From: Glaucostegus cemiculus
Taxonomy: Eukaryota
Length of the DNA: 64,000 nt
Direction: 5' to 3'
NCBI GenBank assembly: GCA_976551045.1
Contig: CDPCPM010000120.1
Span: forward strand, 3,286,001 to 3,350,000
Shown: positions 11,706 through 24,170 of the stretch, piece by piece
Layout: each line of letters starts with the position of its first letter
How positions within the stretch are numbered: position 1 is the stretch's first letter
Program-made: the position numbers and the translations under genes
The notes under the pieces: generated by a model
Seen by the model: the letters and a program-made list of their open reading frames with translations, nothing else
What the model was told of the DNA's origin: nothing
Databases searched by the model: none

Positions 11706-12915
11706 TGATTCTTATGCCACATATGCATGTAATAAGCTGCTGGATGTGGGCACTAATGTTAAATCACATGTAGTGAGCATTTTGATCATTTGCATAAAAG
11801 TCATGTAGACTTTTAAGACCCATGAACCATGCAAGCCACTTGCATAGAAGCATAACTTAACTGGAGGGTTGAGGGCTGCTTGTGCATTGTTAAATGGGAC
11901 CAGTCATTCCTTGTCCATAGTTAGGTGGTCATAGTGTTCATCTTTTGTCACCCCATCCTCTAAGAATTTTTCCTGATATTCACAATTGTCAGTTAAGCCT
12001 TGCTGCCAGTGTTGTTCAGACCTCTCCAACCTTGTTTCTGAACATCATTTTCCACCTACACCCCCAAAAGGGTACCAGTGTCAGTCACCTATTCCTCCAG
12101 ACTGGGCTGAGTTGTATGTCTGAGCTCAACACCATCTGATCATATGTCTGACACCCAAAGTCCTCAACCCACAATGTTCCTTCCTGTAATGTCCCACCTC
12201 TCAATGTCCCAAGCTTCCTGTCCCTTCTCCTGATGTCCCTGACCAACAATGACTACAGCCTTGGCCCTCCTTATCCTCTGATCAAATTGTCAGGTCTGCC
12301 TGTCTGAATGCAGGAAAATACGAGGAGTGTGGAGTTCATCTCTGTGCTCTTGCAGGAGGAGTTGCCGAGCCAGAGGAACCTGACCTCCATCCTGGAGGCT
12401 CCCATCCTTGTGTGCTGCATTGCTGCTCTGGGGGCATAGACTGAGACTAGGTGATGTCTTTTTGCCTCTATGGAGTCTCAGATTGATTTAGTTGGGGGCA
12501 CCAGATCCCTGCTGCAGGGAAGCAGCTTTTCAGAAACAGTGACATGCAACAGGGAGCAGCTTGAAGTCGTCATGGAGCAGGTTTTCTTTCATAGGCAGAT
12601 GAACCCATAAGCACTCCGCAATTCTCAGGAGCGAAGGTATGTGATATGTCAGCAGCTACCTGATCTCAATGAACAGAGAAGTGTTGTATGTGAGCAGGTT
12701 GCTCTCCTGCTTGAGCAGAGAGATGGTGCACTTGACTGGATCACTTTGCTACATGGGCAGAGACATGGCATGTATGACCGTGTCTCTCTTCTGCAGGAGT
12801 AGAGATCTGCAAATCACCCCATTCACATGTCTGTTGATTGTTTGCACAGACCTGCTCTAATAGTGAAGAGAAGTGAGCCCATGGAGTTAAAGGAACACGT
12901 CAGGGCCCAGTCAAT

Positions 12916-13073
12916 AAAAACAGAAAATGCTGGACAAACTCAGCAGATCAGGCAGCATCTATGGAAAGGGAAACAGTTATCGTTTTGGGTTTGTCAAAAA
13001 TTGAAATGTTGACTGTGTCTCTTTTCACAGATGCTGCCTGACCTGCTGAGTTCTTCCAACATTTCCAGTTTTT
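12916..13073. repeat. Penelope-terminus-derived palindromic (fold-back) element
   Basis: Arms 12916-12986 and 13003-13073 are reverse complements (about 80% by manual alignment) and homologous to 14380-14460. Confidence 0.75.
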
Positions 13074-13614
13074 GATTTTTTTTTGACCTCCTGCCACTAC
13101 CTCTTTGACTCCATAGTCAACCATCTCAGGCTGCTCCTTCAGATGGTCAGGGGGAACAACCTGAAGGCGCAACATGTGCAAGAGCTTCTTGTGGGTGTCC
13201 TGGAAGGGGAAAGGAGGAGTCAAGCATTCAGCCTGCAGCCACACAGATGGTGTCATCAAAACCCACCTGCAGGATGGTCAAAAAGGAATGGTACTGGGAT
13301 GTTTAACTTGAAATACAAATGTGTAAGTTTTCTGTTGATGCATTCCTTGACTTCAGTATTCTTTTTACAAATAATTTTCAGTGCACAGTCAATGGTTAAT
13401 CTCATTTTCATTTACATTTCAAAATATCGTGCAGAGAGAAATCATTGGTCTTGCAGCTGCTGGCATTGCTGCGTACCCAGTGATGCCTCATTTAGTAAGG
13501 ATGCCACAGGCATACATTTCAGCTGAAATGGCTTGAGATCAGACTTGATTGCTGCAAGCTGCTGAGGGATGCTTTTCAAGAAATAAAGATTGCTTCACTG
13601 CAATACAACAAATG

Positions 13615-14205
13615 TATTGCAGGAAGATTTGATTGCAAGAGACATCTTGTTGCAATTAGAAGAAGGCCTTGGTGAAAATATATCTGGAATACTGTGTGCA
13701 GATCTTGTCTCCGAAACTACAGCAACATAAATTTGGAATAGAGGGAGTGCAGTGAAGGCTCATCAGATTGATTCTGTGGATGGCAGGGAATAGTGTGTTG
13801 TCCTGTGAGGAGAGATTAAGCAGACTCGGCCTGTATTCTTGTGTTTAGAAGAATGAGAGGTGATTTGATTGAAAAGTACAGAATTGTTCCAGGGCATGAC
13901 AGCATAGATGGGAGTTGTTGTTTCCACTTGCTAGCATGTCTGGAACCAGTGCTCACAGTCTCAGTGTAAGAGGTTGGCCATTTAGGGCAGAGATGAGAAG
14001 AAATTTCCCAAGAGGGATGTGGAGGCTGAGTCACTTAGTTTATTCAAGATAGAGATTGAGAGAATTTTAGCTTTGAGGGAATCAGGGGATATGTGGTTAG
14101 TGCAGGAAAGTGGTGTTGAAGCAAAGCATCAACCATGATTTTGTTGAATAGGAGAGTAGGCCCCAGAGGCCAAATGCCTACTCCTACTTCTATTTCTTCT
14201 GTTCT
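13615..14205 (+). mobile_element. CR1 LINE 3' end
   Basis: LEYCVQ, RRMRGDLIE motifs and terminal ggccaaatgcctactcctacttctatttctt. Confidence 0.85.
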
Positions 14206-14210
14206 TATTT

Positions 14211-14335
14211 CTAGTAAAGTAACAGCTTGACATAATCAATCTTACGCAATCATATCTCACAGACAACATCCCAGACTTCTCCTTCACAATCCCTTCGTAT
14301 GTCCTGTCCCACCAGTAAGACAGACCCACCAGACA
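14211..14335 (+). mobile_element. LINE endonuclease fragment (same family as 2520-2810)
   Basis: LVK.QLDIINLTQSYLTDNIPDFSFTIPSYVLSHQ.DRPT. Confidence 0.7.
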
Positions 14336-14339
14336 TATA

Positions 14340-14685
14340 CAGGGAGAGGGAGAGAAACAAGAGACTGCAGATGCTGGAGTCTGGTACAAACAAAAAGAGC
14401 TGTTGGAAGAACTCGGCAGGCCGAGCTGCATCTGTGGAGGGAAATGGACAGTCGATGTCTCAGGTCACGACCCTTCATCTGGACTAAAAGAGTATAAAGA
14501 GGTGAGGGGGAGAAGTGGGGCAAGAACTGGTAAGTGATAGGCAGATCCAGATGAAGTGGGGTTGATTGGCAGATGGAGTCAGGTGGGGGAGGGAAGGATG
14601 GAGATAGAGATAGAGACTGGGAGGTGATAGGTGGAGGCAACAAAAGGCTGCAGATTATGGAGTCTGGCAGCGAATTCTGAAATGA
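14340..14685 (-). mobile_element. Penelope-like terminal region with degenerate hammerhead motif
   Basis: gactgcagatgctgg...gaactcggcaggccgagctgcatctgtggagggaaatggacagtcgatgtctcaggtcacgacccttcatctggact, followed by a purine-rich body complementary in character to the tail at 11530-11705. Confidence 0.75.
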
Positions 14686-15000
14686 TGACAAGTCAAGCTG
14701 TTGCTTAACTGGTCTGTTGGACAGTTCTCCCAAATTAAATACCAGTTCCCAAGTATTTACAAGGAGATCTTGTCAAGCTCTGTTGGGCTGAGAGCAACTT
14801 GCCATGTGTGAAAATGATGCCTTTATCATTGCTGCACGGCTGGTCCAGTTTTAATCTTTTTCTGTTTACATGGAAGAATTAAGGTACAACATAGTGATTT
14901 GCTAGGTACATTTCCGAGAGCATTTAAGAGACAATCACATTGATGGGTATGGAAGTAGTGTTACTTTAAGCATGGATAAAGGCAAGATTTTCAGCCAGAA
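14686..15000 (-). mobile_element. tRNA-like-headed LINE 5' module (copy C)
   Basis: Minus strand reads atgtgattgtctcttaaatgctctcggaaatg and then GELSNRPVKQQLD; homologous to 2350-2580. Confidence 0.65.
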
Positions 15001-15704
15001 GTGTGGACAGTTTCCTGACTACCATTTTGGGGCAATGGTTGACTGAGTGTTCCCAAATGCACATGGATCAATTTTGAGATTTGATATTCTGAAAGATGAT
15101 AGAATAGGTTTCAACTGGTAATAGCTTGACTCAAAATTCAATGATGACATCCTAGGGCTCTGTATAGGAAGCTTTGAGCCAAATAGTTATATGTCCAAGA
15201 AAGTCATTCCTATCCGAATTTAAGAAGCAGAATGGAACATGATGCTGCTGCTTTGTAGACACTAAGCATAATGTAGCCAGATGATTTTTTTAGACAATAA
15301 TGCCTTTTATAGTGGAAACTACCAGAGACGATGGGCAATATCAAAGGTTTGTGATAATTAATGCGGACTGGCTAATTGAATATTAACAGTACTGTAACAA
15401 ATTTAGTCCTTCAGTAATGTGTCATAAATTATAAATAAAAGCTACTTATAATGTAGCTGTTTGTTTGGAAGTGACTTGTATGACAATCCTATCTTACTTG
15501 TAGTTTATAAATTAATGTGAGTTCCCCAATGCTTATTTTTCATCAGTCACAGCACATATCATGTAATTGTTAATCCCATTGCCACTTTTCAATTATCACT
15601 ATGCTAATATTGAATTTCTCACCTATGACTTCAAATTTTAGATTATAAGCACCATTATGGCAGCTTTGCATGATTTTTCAAGAAATCCTGAAATTCCTTG
15701 GGAG

Positions 15705-16392
15705 TTGTGAATGATTCAGAGGGATCTAGGTGTTCTTGTGCATCAAACATAAAAATTTAGTAGGCAGGTGGAGCAAGTAATTAAGATGGCAAACATCATA
15801 TTGGTCTTTGTTGCTGGGGGTCAGAGATTAAAAATAGGGAAGTATTGTTACAATTGTACGGGATGTTAGTGAGGCTGCAGCTGGAATATTGTGTATAGTT
15901 TTGATCCCCGTATTTAAGAAAGGATATTGGAGCATAGAAACACTCTGTATGAGATTCACTCGGTTAATTCCTGGGATGTGAGGCTTGTCTCATTGCAAGC
16001 AACTAAAAAAAGTTAGATCTGCATTCTTTGGATGATCTTATTAAAACAGTAAGATCCTAAAGGAGCAAGGTAGATGTTGAGATAGAAGAAGAATCTCAAA
16101 CAGGGGAATGTAGTTACAAGACAAGGGGACAGTCATTTACAAGTGGGGTCTTCAGGAACTTTTTGCAGAGAATGGTGAATTCCTGGAATTTTCTACCTCA
16201 AGTTTTATGGAGGCTAGGCCACTTGGGATTTAAAGAGAAGGTAAATACATTTCTGAAAAATCAGGGGATTGAAGACTATGAGGAAGTGGTGCAGAAGACA
16301 AGTTGAGGCATGTGGCAAATCAGCCACGATCATATTCAACAATGGGGCAGGCTTGCAGGTGGCCTACTCCCACTCCGATTACCTTGTGTTCC
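15705..16392 (+). mobile_element. CR1 LINE 3' end
   Basis: QRDLGVLVH, LVRLQLEYCV, QRMVNSWNFLP motifs and terminal cagccacgatcatattcaacaatggggcaggcttg...ggcctactcc. Confidence 0.85.
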
Positions 16393-17137
16393 TGATTTTT
16401 TCATCCAAAGATTGGTAGGAGATCAACACAACTTCAGAGAAATGGCAAAAATTACTGGGAAATTTCAGATGTACCATTTTTCTAAGGAACTCCACCAACC
16501 TTCAAACACAAATCCTGTGGGATATCATGTGAGTCTGTGTGGAAATTCAAGGCTAATATGTGCACGGTACTAGTGTGCAACCATTTGGGCAAATTTCCCC
16601 CTATTATTTGTTCCAGACACTATTAATTGTTATAAATCAGTTGTATGCTCTGTCTGGACTACATAGTGGGCATAATTATAATGTGCCATTATAATTAGGA
16701 ACACATCCCTATTTGGTTTCTTGGGGAAGGGAATAATTTCCTCAGCTCACATTGTGCCAGTGGCATTATACATGCACATAGATACCAGAGAAAATTTGTA
16801 TCTTTCCATAGGTCATTTCCCAATATTCTTTTATATTTTGATATACTGATAGTTGTGCCTAACTTTGTATCCTGAGTTCTATTAATACAGTTCAGAATTG
16901 CACATGCACAATGATATTTTTTCTGAGGCTTGGTGGATTTGGTAAATGGAACAGGTCTGTTTCCATTTTTTATATTAATTAATACGTTTCTTGTCATTAA
17001 TAGTGAATTGCAGGCATTTCACACCAAAAATGCTGATGTACTTCAACAGACTGCAAATCTATTTACAAGCAAAGTTGGAGAAATGCACAAAATGTTGTAA
17101 ATGTTTTAATTAAATTGAAGTACAGTAAATAAATAAT

Positions 17138-17318
17138 CTTCTCCTTTGTTGGCAGTCCCTTGGGATTGCAGATGACTTGCTTCCATTCCAGTTTTGTGGG
17201 ATCTGAGGTAGCTAATGAGACCACCATGAGAACCGCAAACTCTTCCACAGACGGGGCAGGTGGTGGCCAACCAGGGAGGTGGGTGGGTAGTTTGTGAGGT
17301 GGACTGTTCCTTCTGCCA
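17138..17318 (-). mobile_element. RTE LINE extreme 3' fragment
   Basis: Homologous to 4615-4745 (ggattg.agatga.tt.ctt.ca...cttccacag). Confidence 0.6.
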
Positions 17319-19446
17319 TTAAACTGACACCAAGCCTTTGAAAATAATTTTCACGATGATACCCAAGAACATTTTCCCTCCATTCTGCATCACCTTTGAT
17401 AAGAATTCTGTTTCTAAGAATCTAAGAACTACACGGTAAGCTTCTGAATCAGGATTCCATTTGAGGTGGCATATATGCTTGAGAAATAGTAGTGGAGGTT
17501 GTAAAAGATTAATTAGGTAGGACATGCACAACATCATTCATTCAAGAAGAAATACAAATTTTGTCATGTTCTTTTCCAGGTGTACTGTCTCAGGAGAACA
17601 GTGCATCAGTCTGGAGGCTCTGGAAAATCCCTGTTTGCTGCTCTAGGCATTCATACGACCAAGGTCCAAAGCTTGAAAAGCCCAACCTGGAGTATTGCAG
17701 TCGAAGCAGCTTTTAAACAACAGGCTCATTCCAAGGAAGCATAGACATGTTAGCCCATTCAGCAATCTGTGCTCTTCTCTATAAGGAAAATTGTCAATGC
17801 CTTCCATTATGGGGTGTTTACATTCAAACAATATAACACTACTCACAGGCCCTTGGCTGAGGCAACCATTTTGTAAAAATATAATTAATGTATCATTTTT
17901 TAATTATTCTAATTTTCATAAACCATTTATGCACATCGGATCAGATTGCACTGGAATTTACCGTAATAATTTTATACATTGTTGATCCAATATCTGAGCA
18001 CTATTTCAAAAGCAGGGACCGAATATAACTGTTACTTCTCAATGTCCCGTCTTTTTGTATTGTCAATCTTGTGCAAATCCCTAATACCTGCCTTCTGTTC
18101 TCCATGTCCAACTGTGTGAGGCTATTGCATCATGGAAATGTCATAGAGACACAACTGAGGGGACTTGGGATGACTATGGAGGGCAGTGTCTATGAGCTCA
18201 GGCCATTGAGGATCCAACTGTGTGCTGCTTGTGTGGCCTGACTCAATTGTCTGTCAGGTGAGGTGCTGGCAGCAGTGTATTGTTCAACAGTGGAGCATAT
18301 GCCACTATTAGGATGAGGAGCCTCCACACCCCACTAGCTCTGATTCTATGGTTTGGGAGTGCCAGAAGTGTCCCAGAGAAAATGCTAGTACCCAGAGCCT
18401 AATCACAGCATTTCAAGCTGTAATCAAAGGAGGGTTCGTGGCTGTGGGGCCTTCCACAATGCTTATAGAGGGGCACTCATTTGTGGTTGGCTTCATGGTC
18501 TCAATGTGCTATTCAAAGACCACCTCCACAAAGAAGCAGAAATATTCTGACCTCTCCGACACTGAGCACAAAGTCACCGGGTGTGGTAAGAAGCACTGCA
18601 TGGGTAACTATCAATTTTCTTATCTGTGCGGTCGAGCCAAGATTTTCATCATTATATTCACTGCAGTTCTAGGACGAGTGCTCTTCTGCCAGCAATCTCC
18701 TGTCTGGATATTCTGAGCTCTCTGCATTGGCTCCTGGCCACCAATGCTGGGAGCATCACTGTGTGCAGATCTTCTTGAGCTTCTCATGGGTGCCAGTCAC
18801 TAAGTAGTGACTACAAGTGTAAGATGAAGTAATATTTCCTATTCTTCAGTATTACCCTCCTATTTTCCTGCTGACTACTTGTTGTGTGAATATTTTATCC
18901 TGAAGTGGCAAAAAGAGACTGGAGTTTGCATTCAGTGGCATGGGTATGAAGTCACAATTTGTCACCCATGAAGCGCAAGAAGAAGAATTTGTGATCATGA
19001 TATAAAATCCACTACCTCAATTTATGGGAGCCTCTTGAGGTGCCCCTTGATCATACTGTCCATGAACTGCTCTGCATGTGAGGACTGCACATGGAAGAGT
19101 CACTGTTCCCATGCCTGCCTAACTCCAGAAGTTGTCTGTAATTCCTGCAGGAATGAAGTGTGCTATCACTTGAATGATATGAAGTATCAGTATGTCCATG
19201 TCAGGATACAAGAGTGTTGCTAGTGTGTGACAGGTGACAGATTGTGTAGGGTTGTAGGAATAGTGAAGGGAGCAGCAGTTATGGAATGGTGCTGTAGGAT
19301 AGAAGAAGGAGGAAAGAAGATTGGAGGAAAGTACTGATATACAGGGGAGAGAGAGTTGAATGCTGAACTAAGAAGTACTCCAAGACTAAACAAATAAAGG
19401 GATATATGGCTTAGGAAACCTTCCCGTAACTGTAAGTCTCAAAAGG

Positions 19447-19664
19447 TACAGGTCCTCCCAAGGTTACAAGCCCCCAACTTATGTACAGCCCACACATATG
19501 AATGAGCATTTGGGAGACTGGCTGGATGGATTTGCTGAATGTTGTAGGGCTGCAGGCATCTTCTGCCACCTGGAAACTCAGCTCATAGCCACATGTCCGA
19601 GTTGCAGACTGTCTAGGTTACAAAAGGTTCACAGGAATGGAACCCTGGGAAGGACCAACACGTA
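19447..19664. mobile_element. Tc1/mariner-pogo (Tigger-like) MITE remnant
   Basis: TA-CAGGTCCTCCCAAGGTTAC start and aaccctgggaaggacc..TA end form imperfect terminal inverted repeats. Confidence 0.55.
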
Positions 19665-20634
19665 CTTCTATTAGTTTCAGTGGATCCAGTCAACACACCA
19701 GTCGTAAAACGCATTCTGCAATGCATTGTGAGCCCAGGATCTCGCTATTTGATGCATCATAATTTCTGTACCTTATCTTAATCTTCTTAAATGAAGTCCA
19801 TAGGGACTTAGTGAGTGGAATACAAGGAAAATGTAAAACAATTGGGAACATTGGTACTATCATTTTGGGAAGAAATTACAGCAAAAAGTGTTTCTCTCCA
19901 AATATGCACGCTGGCACATCAAGTTGGCTCAACAATCGTCACTAAGAAATGTAATAAACGACAAGGAATATCAGGGTTTGTATCCTTGGATGTTGGTTGT
20001 TTTCATATTATTTTGTACTGCGAGCATAAATATTATAATCACATACAGACAACAGCAGAACTACAATATTTGGAAAACATGTTTCACACCTCGTTATTAA
20101 ACAAGACTATAAAAATTATGACTCATCACTGCACCATTGTTTTTGCATGTTTCTTTGTACTGCTTGTATAGACACAGACAGCTAGCATTAATACAATAGG
20201 TAGTGTCTAGAGACTTAATAGATGTGATATGTTATACAAAGGTATCTGTCATTTTGAACAATAAGTGCAGTGATATATGATGTATGTTTTTGGAAAACTG
20301 TGCTTGAATGTGACTTTAGTACTATGTAGATTTGCATTTACTTTGATAAGAAATTAGTTGTTGGTTTTCTCCATCATTGTCAAGTAGTCTGCCAAAAATA
20401 TTGCCTTTCATTTGCCTTGTGATTGTAAATGCATTGAAGTTGCTGGGAGTAGGCACATAACGCGCTTTTTTTCTCCTTGTTCCTATCAAAACAACACAAG
20501 AGCACTGATGCTCCGGGGAGATTTGTATAGAATCTGACGCCTGTATCAGCTCTGAAAAAAAACAACCAAATTACAGTCTGAGGTGATGCAAATGATATCC
20601 TTGGTGCATCTTCCCGATGCTCCTGTGAGGCTCT

Positions 20635-20766
20635 NNNNNNNNNNNNNNNNNNNNNNNNNNNNNNNNNNNNNNNNNNNNNNNNNNNNNNNNNNNNNNNNNN
20701 NNNNNNNNNNNNNNNNNNNNNNNNNNNNNNNNNNNNNNNNNNNNNNNNNNNNNNNNNNNNNNNNNN
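20635..20766. other. N block (132 nt): assembly gap or masked feature
   Basis: Run of 132 N. Confidence 0.95.
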
Positions 20767-22659
20767 AGAGGTTCTTTTCAGACCAGGATTCCTGCCAGAA
20801 AAAAAATGTGCAAATATTTACACTGGTCTTTCATCAAACTGCACCTTTGTTTGGCAAAAAAACTTCCCCATGGCTACGATTTTGAGTGTGATTTTGCAGA
20901 GTAAAAAACAAAAGGAGGATTGGAAACAGTGAAAGGTTTCAGTGGCTCATTAGCAATCAGAAAATGAGACACCTTCTGTTACTTATTGCTACCTGAGCTG
21001 GCAGCCTGATTATGGCTGCCATTCTTGAATCACACAACCTGCAAATAGAGATGCACTGGCCAATTCAAGGCTCTTTAGGCAACTATGATTGATGACTCAG
21101 TGACTAGGAGAAAATTGCTTTTTATGAATTATTCATCAAGATATCTCTATGCTGCTAAAGTAGCTGACAGGAAAGTTCTGACACTGTCTGGGCACAATTC
21201 ACTTACAAATCACTTACAAGTAAGTGAATATTAAAAATAGCTCAGTTACAGCATACCACCATGGTATCAGGTTGGGCCTTTTTGCTGTATAGGAGTGACA
21301 ACAAGAAAACAAGATATTTCTTCCTCAGAGTTATAATGGTATTGACAAAAACTGTATTGAACAATTAAAATCAGTTCAATTTATACTGACAATCTGTAGC
21401 TGTCCAATGTTTCAATACTTTATGGTTAAACTTTACGTTAAAAAATTATCAATTGTGAATGTTAACATTTCCTTTAACTTTTTAGATGCATGTAACATAA
21501 AGTTTATTTGATTGCCCTGGCTTTGTCTGTAAAATATTGTTATGGCAATGTAAGTGGAAATCAAGGAGTGGATCTTAAATCCAGTTATGTTTTAAACTAG
21601 GGAAGCTTTCACCATAACATGAGTTCTATATATAAGTTTAAATAAGTTAAATCTAACATTTTATGTTCACTGAATTTCACTTTGCTTTGGATATCATTAT
21701 TAAGGCTGCTTATGGTAGGATGACTACTTTTCTAGTGTTTTTAGTCAAAGGTCAAGGGCAGTGGTAAATTAATAGCTTTTTCATTCAGTCGCATACTTGT
21801 TCTGTGGTCTAAGGGCAGCAGATCTCCCATAACCTTGCCCTCCAACTGCAGGCACATTGCAGCTTCGAGTTGTTGGTCTATCAGCACTTTGGCATGTATG
21901 CTTGACACTGATCTTTTGAATGTCTCAGGCCTTGCCCCACACGTCTGTCACTCTTTGCAATTCTGTTTATTCAAAGTCAGTGTCACTCTTAGAATCATCT
22001 CTATTTATTTAAATTTATATTTGTGCCACTCCAATCAGACTTACCATGAGTGTAGTCGCTTAAGGTTTTGGTCTTTATTTTTTGATGTATGTCACTTTCT
22101 ATAAGGTGTTTGATTAAATGACAACAGCACAGGATTTGACTAGAACAACAATTTTACTAAAAAGGGAATTTTAAGAAAAATAGGTTATAGATGGCATATT
22201 TTAACAAAGTCAGCAAAATGTACATTTTTGAAGCTGTCGTGAAGTTTTCTTAACTGAACAAACTAATTACATGTGCAAAAACATTTTATGCTATGTGACA
22301 GGATACTGGTTTGTTTTCCAGATATAAAACTATGAAAAATATCCAAATTGTTAAAGGTTTAAGAAGAATTTCAATCACTAGACACTGTGTTGTTCAAAAA
22401 CTTAATGTTATTTTCATGCCTAAAGTGATAATGAAGACCTCATTAATTCATCAGTGTTCCCCCAGAGTCCCACAGGAAGAGCTCAAGCTCTGACTTGTGC
22501 TTAGATCCTACTAATCCCAAGCAATTCTTGTCAGCCTTGTAAATGATGGGAACCCTTATTTGCCCATTCAGTTATAGTGTCAGGAGTTACTTAAAGGGTA
22601 ACGAAAGATGCTCTCCTCCAAAAAGTCTTCAAGGTTTGGCAAATAAAACTTAATAACTG

Positions 22660-22862
22660 AGGTCTGATAGGCTTTGGTTAGGTAAGGGAATCGAGACTAT
22701 AAATGAAATGGGTACAACTGGCCAATATGAATGGAGGAACAGATTCCAAGAATGAGTGGTCTATGAGAGAAACAAAGGACTGCAGATGCTGGAATCTAGG
22801 TGAAAAACACTATGATGCTAGAGGAACTCAAGACTGAGCGGTCTACTCTTGTCTGCATTCCT
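22660..22862 (+). mobile_element. CR1 3' tail interrupted by a 71-bp Penelope-terminus fragment (22764-22834)
   Basis: Direct repeats tgagtggtcta (22753-22763) and tgagcggtcta (22835-22845) flank gagagaaacaaaggactgcagatgctggaatc... Confidence 0.7.
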
Positions 22863-23949
22863 TACTAGAATTCCCTAGTAAGGTGACAGCCCTAGGGGCA
22901 GTGACTCCCTAGGCTGGACATTCCCATGTTTATAGCTCAGTTGGAGTCCGGTCTTCTGCTGGGGGTAAGCATGAGGCCTTAATAATCTGTTAGAGGCCAG
23001 AGGACTGGCAGATATTTAAAGTAATACACATGTTTAAGAATGGAGTCAGTCTGGGAAACTCTAAATTTGTCAGCTCAATGTTGATGGGGAAAATATGGTA
23101 TCTCCACGAAAGAAAGAAATGGAAAACATATAGAAACCAAAAATGTGATAATGAATATCTAACATTCGAAGAAGTTATCTAGAAAATAGACAAAGGCAAT
23201 GAAATAGTTGTCAAGGGCCAAAACATTTTGCTGGTGCTTTGGAAGAGATTCACCACCAAAGTACTCCTTGTGGCCCAGCACATTGGTGATTTCCATGCCT
23301 GCAGTCTTCAGAGAGCATATGCTGAATGCTCGGGACCTCTGATGCTGGCACACATCCTACCTCTGCTTCACTACTGGGCTGAGGAGCAGAGCTCAGTCTT
23401 ACAGAACTGAGGGGCCAAATGCACTTGGTATATCTCCCTCACTTTCAGCCACTTTATTAGAATAGATGGGAAGGGTAAGTGAAGCTAAGTGGTTCCTTTT
23501 AATATTAATCTTTTAAATTGTTACACCAGTTACATTTTGTTATTAATCTTTTGATTGCTTTTATCATTTTAATTATATATTTAATTAACTTCTTAAACTC
23601 CCTGATAATTATAGACATTTAGAAGCTGTTGAAAAGAGCTTTGATTGTACACCTTGTTAGAAGGCCATCAAGGTGGTCTGGGGATGGAGAGGGCTGGTCA
23701 CCATTTGTGGACCACTGCTTCACAGGATGGCCATGGCATCAAGCTCTCGCACTTAGACTCACAAAACTGCAAAAGCATAGGCTAATAGAGGTCTTTAAAC
23801 TTATGAAACATTTTGATGAATTAGCACAGATGCCTGGGAATTCAGTTGCATCATGCTGTTTTCTTTCAGCGATATGCGATTGAAAATCAATTATTTTCTG
23901 GAGTGAAGTACTTGAACAGCCATTTCTGGGTACACGTGCATCACTCAGA

Positions 23950-24170
23950 AAATCCAGGTTGATACTTCCTGACATCAGTCGCCCTTGTATCCCTGACACA
24001 AGTCCCCTGACAGTGCTGCACAGGAGGATGTCATTCTCCATGCAGTGTACCTATTGGGACTTTGGAGAGGAGCACATTGCTTTGGTGGTGCCTATCACTG
24101 AGCAGTCCTGTGACAACCTAGTTTTGTCAACACTACACCGGCCTGGGACACTGATATTTGGACTCTATTG
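23950..24170 (+). mobile_element. Possible Tx1/L1-clade ORF2 C-terminal remnant
   Basis: VLHRRM...CTYWDFGEEHIA...TLIFGL resembles a decayed zinc-knuckle region. Confidence 0.25.

Noticed and set aside
11309-11773. 154-aa ORF, the longest in the window
   Set aside because: Alternative frame of a Penelope endonuclease remnant plus its low-complexity pyrimidine tail
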